64,000 nucleotides of DNA from Takakia lepidozioides (lineage: Eukaryota > Plantae > Bryophyta). The number at the start of each line of letters is the position of its first letter. The first letter of the stretch is position 1. The DNA lies in contig CM060732.1 of assembly GCA_030704615.1 (NCBI GenBank), forward strand, positions 32,984,001-33,048,000, written 5' to 3'. Made by a program: the position numbers and the translations under genes. Below, piece by piece: positions 63,801 through 64,000 of the stretch. Under the pieces are notes generated by a model, which was not told where the DNA came from, did not search any database, and saw only the letters and a program-made list of their open reading frames with translations.

Positions 63801-64000
63801 ACAGGGTTTGCAGACTCCATAGGTACTCAGATACTCTGTACATATATCTCTACGTGCAGCAGCAGACGCTACATATACGGCAGTGTTGAGTAGCTACAAA
63901 GGGGGAATTATGCACTTTCCATTCCCCACAGCTTCTTCGCTTTCTATCACTGCTGCCTGCTACACTGTTCCTTGGACATCCAGAACTTACTTGCAGGAAA

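Noticed and set aside
61000-64000. Possible exons of another minus-strand gene (ORFs 61940-62335, 63002-63313, 63489-63764)
   Set aside because: No recognisable motif and no consistent exon chain could be built by eye.

Overview
Eukaryotic, intron-rich plant DNA. The gene set and retroelement types suggest a non-seed land plant such as a bryophyte (inference). The left 33 kb is a nest of transposable elements. (i) A Mutator-like DDE transposase with a GCM-type zinc DNA-binding domain (minus strand, 1309 to <1) lies head-to-head with a 10-exon, ~1,500-aa gene (3651-10181) that fuses a ParB/Srx-like DGNHR domain to a bacterial-type beta-class amino (N4C/N6A) DNA methyltransferase fold. The two are separated by about 23 helically phased copies of the 22-bp palindrome GGAAATTCGGCGCCGAATTTCC, which recurs in an intron of the cargo gene and upstream of a second, diverged transposase copy (29412-32098). 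(ii) A decayed Ty3/Gypsy element carries a DNMT3-like C5 cytosine methyltransferase between protease and RT, and a PHD finger after integrase. (iii) It abuts a second Ty3/Gypsy element (minus strand) that appears to self-prime reverse transcription. The right half holds ordinary host genes, all on the minus strand: RGP/UDP-arabinopyranose mutase, FANCD2 and an F-box/LRR protein. All domain calls are from motif recognition by eye; no searches were run.
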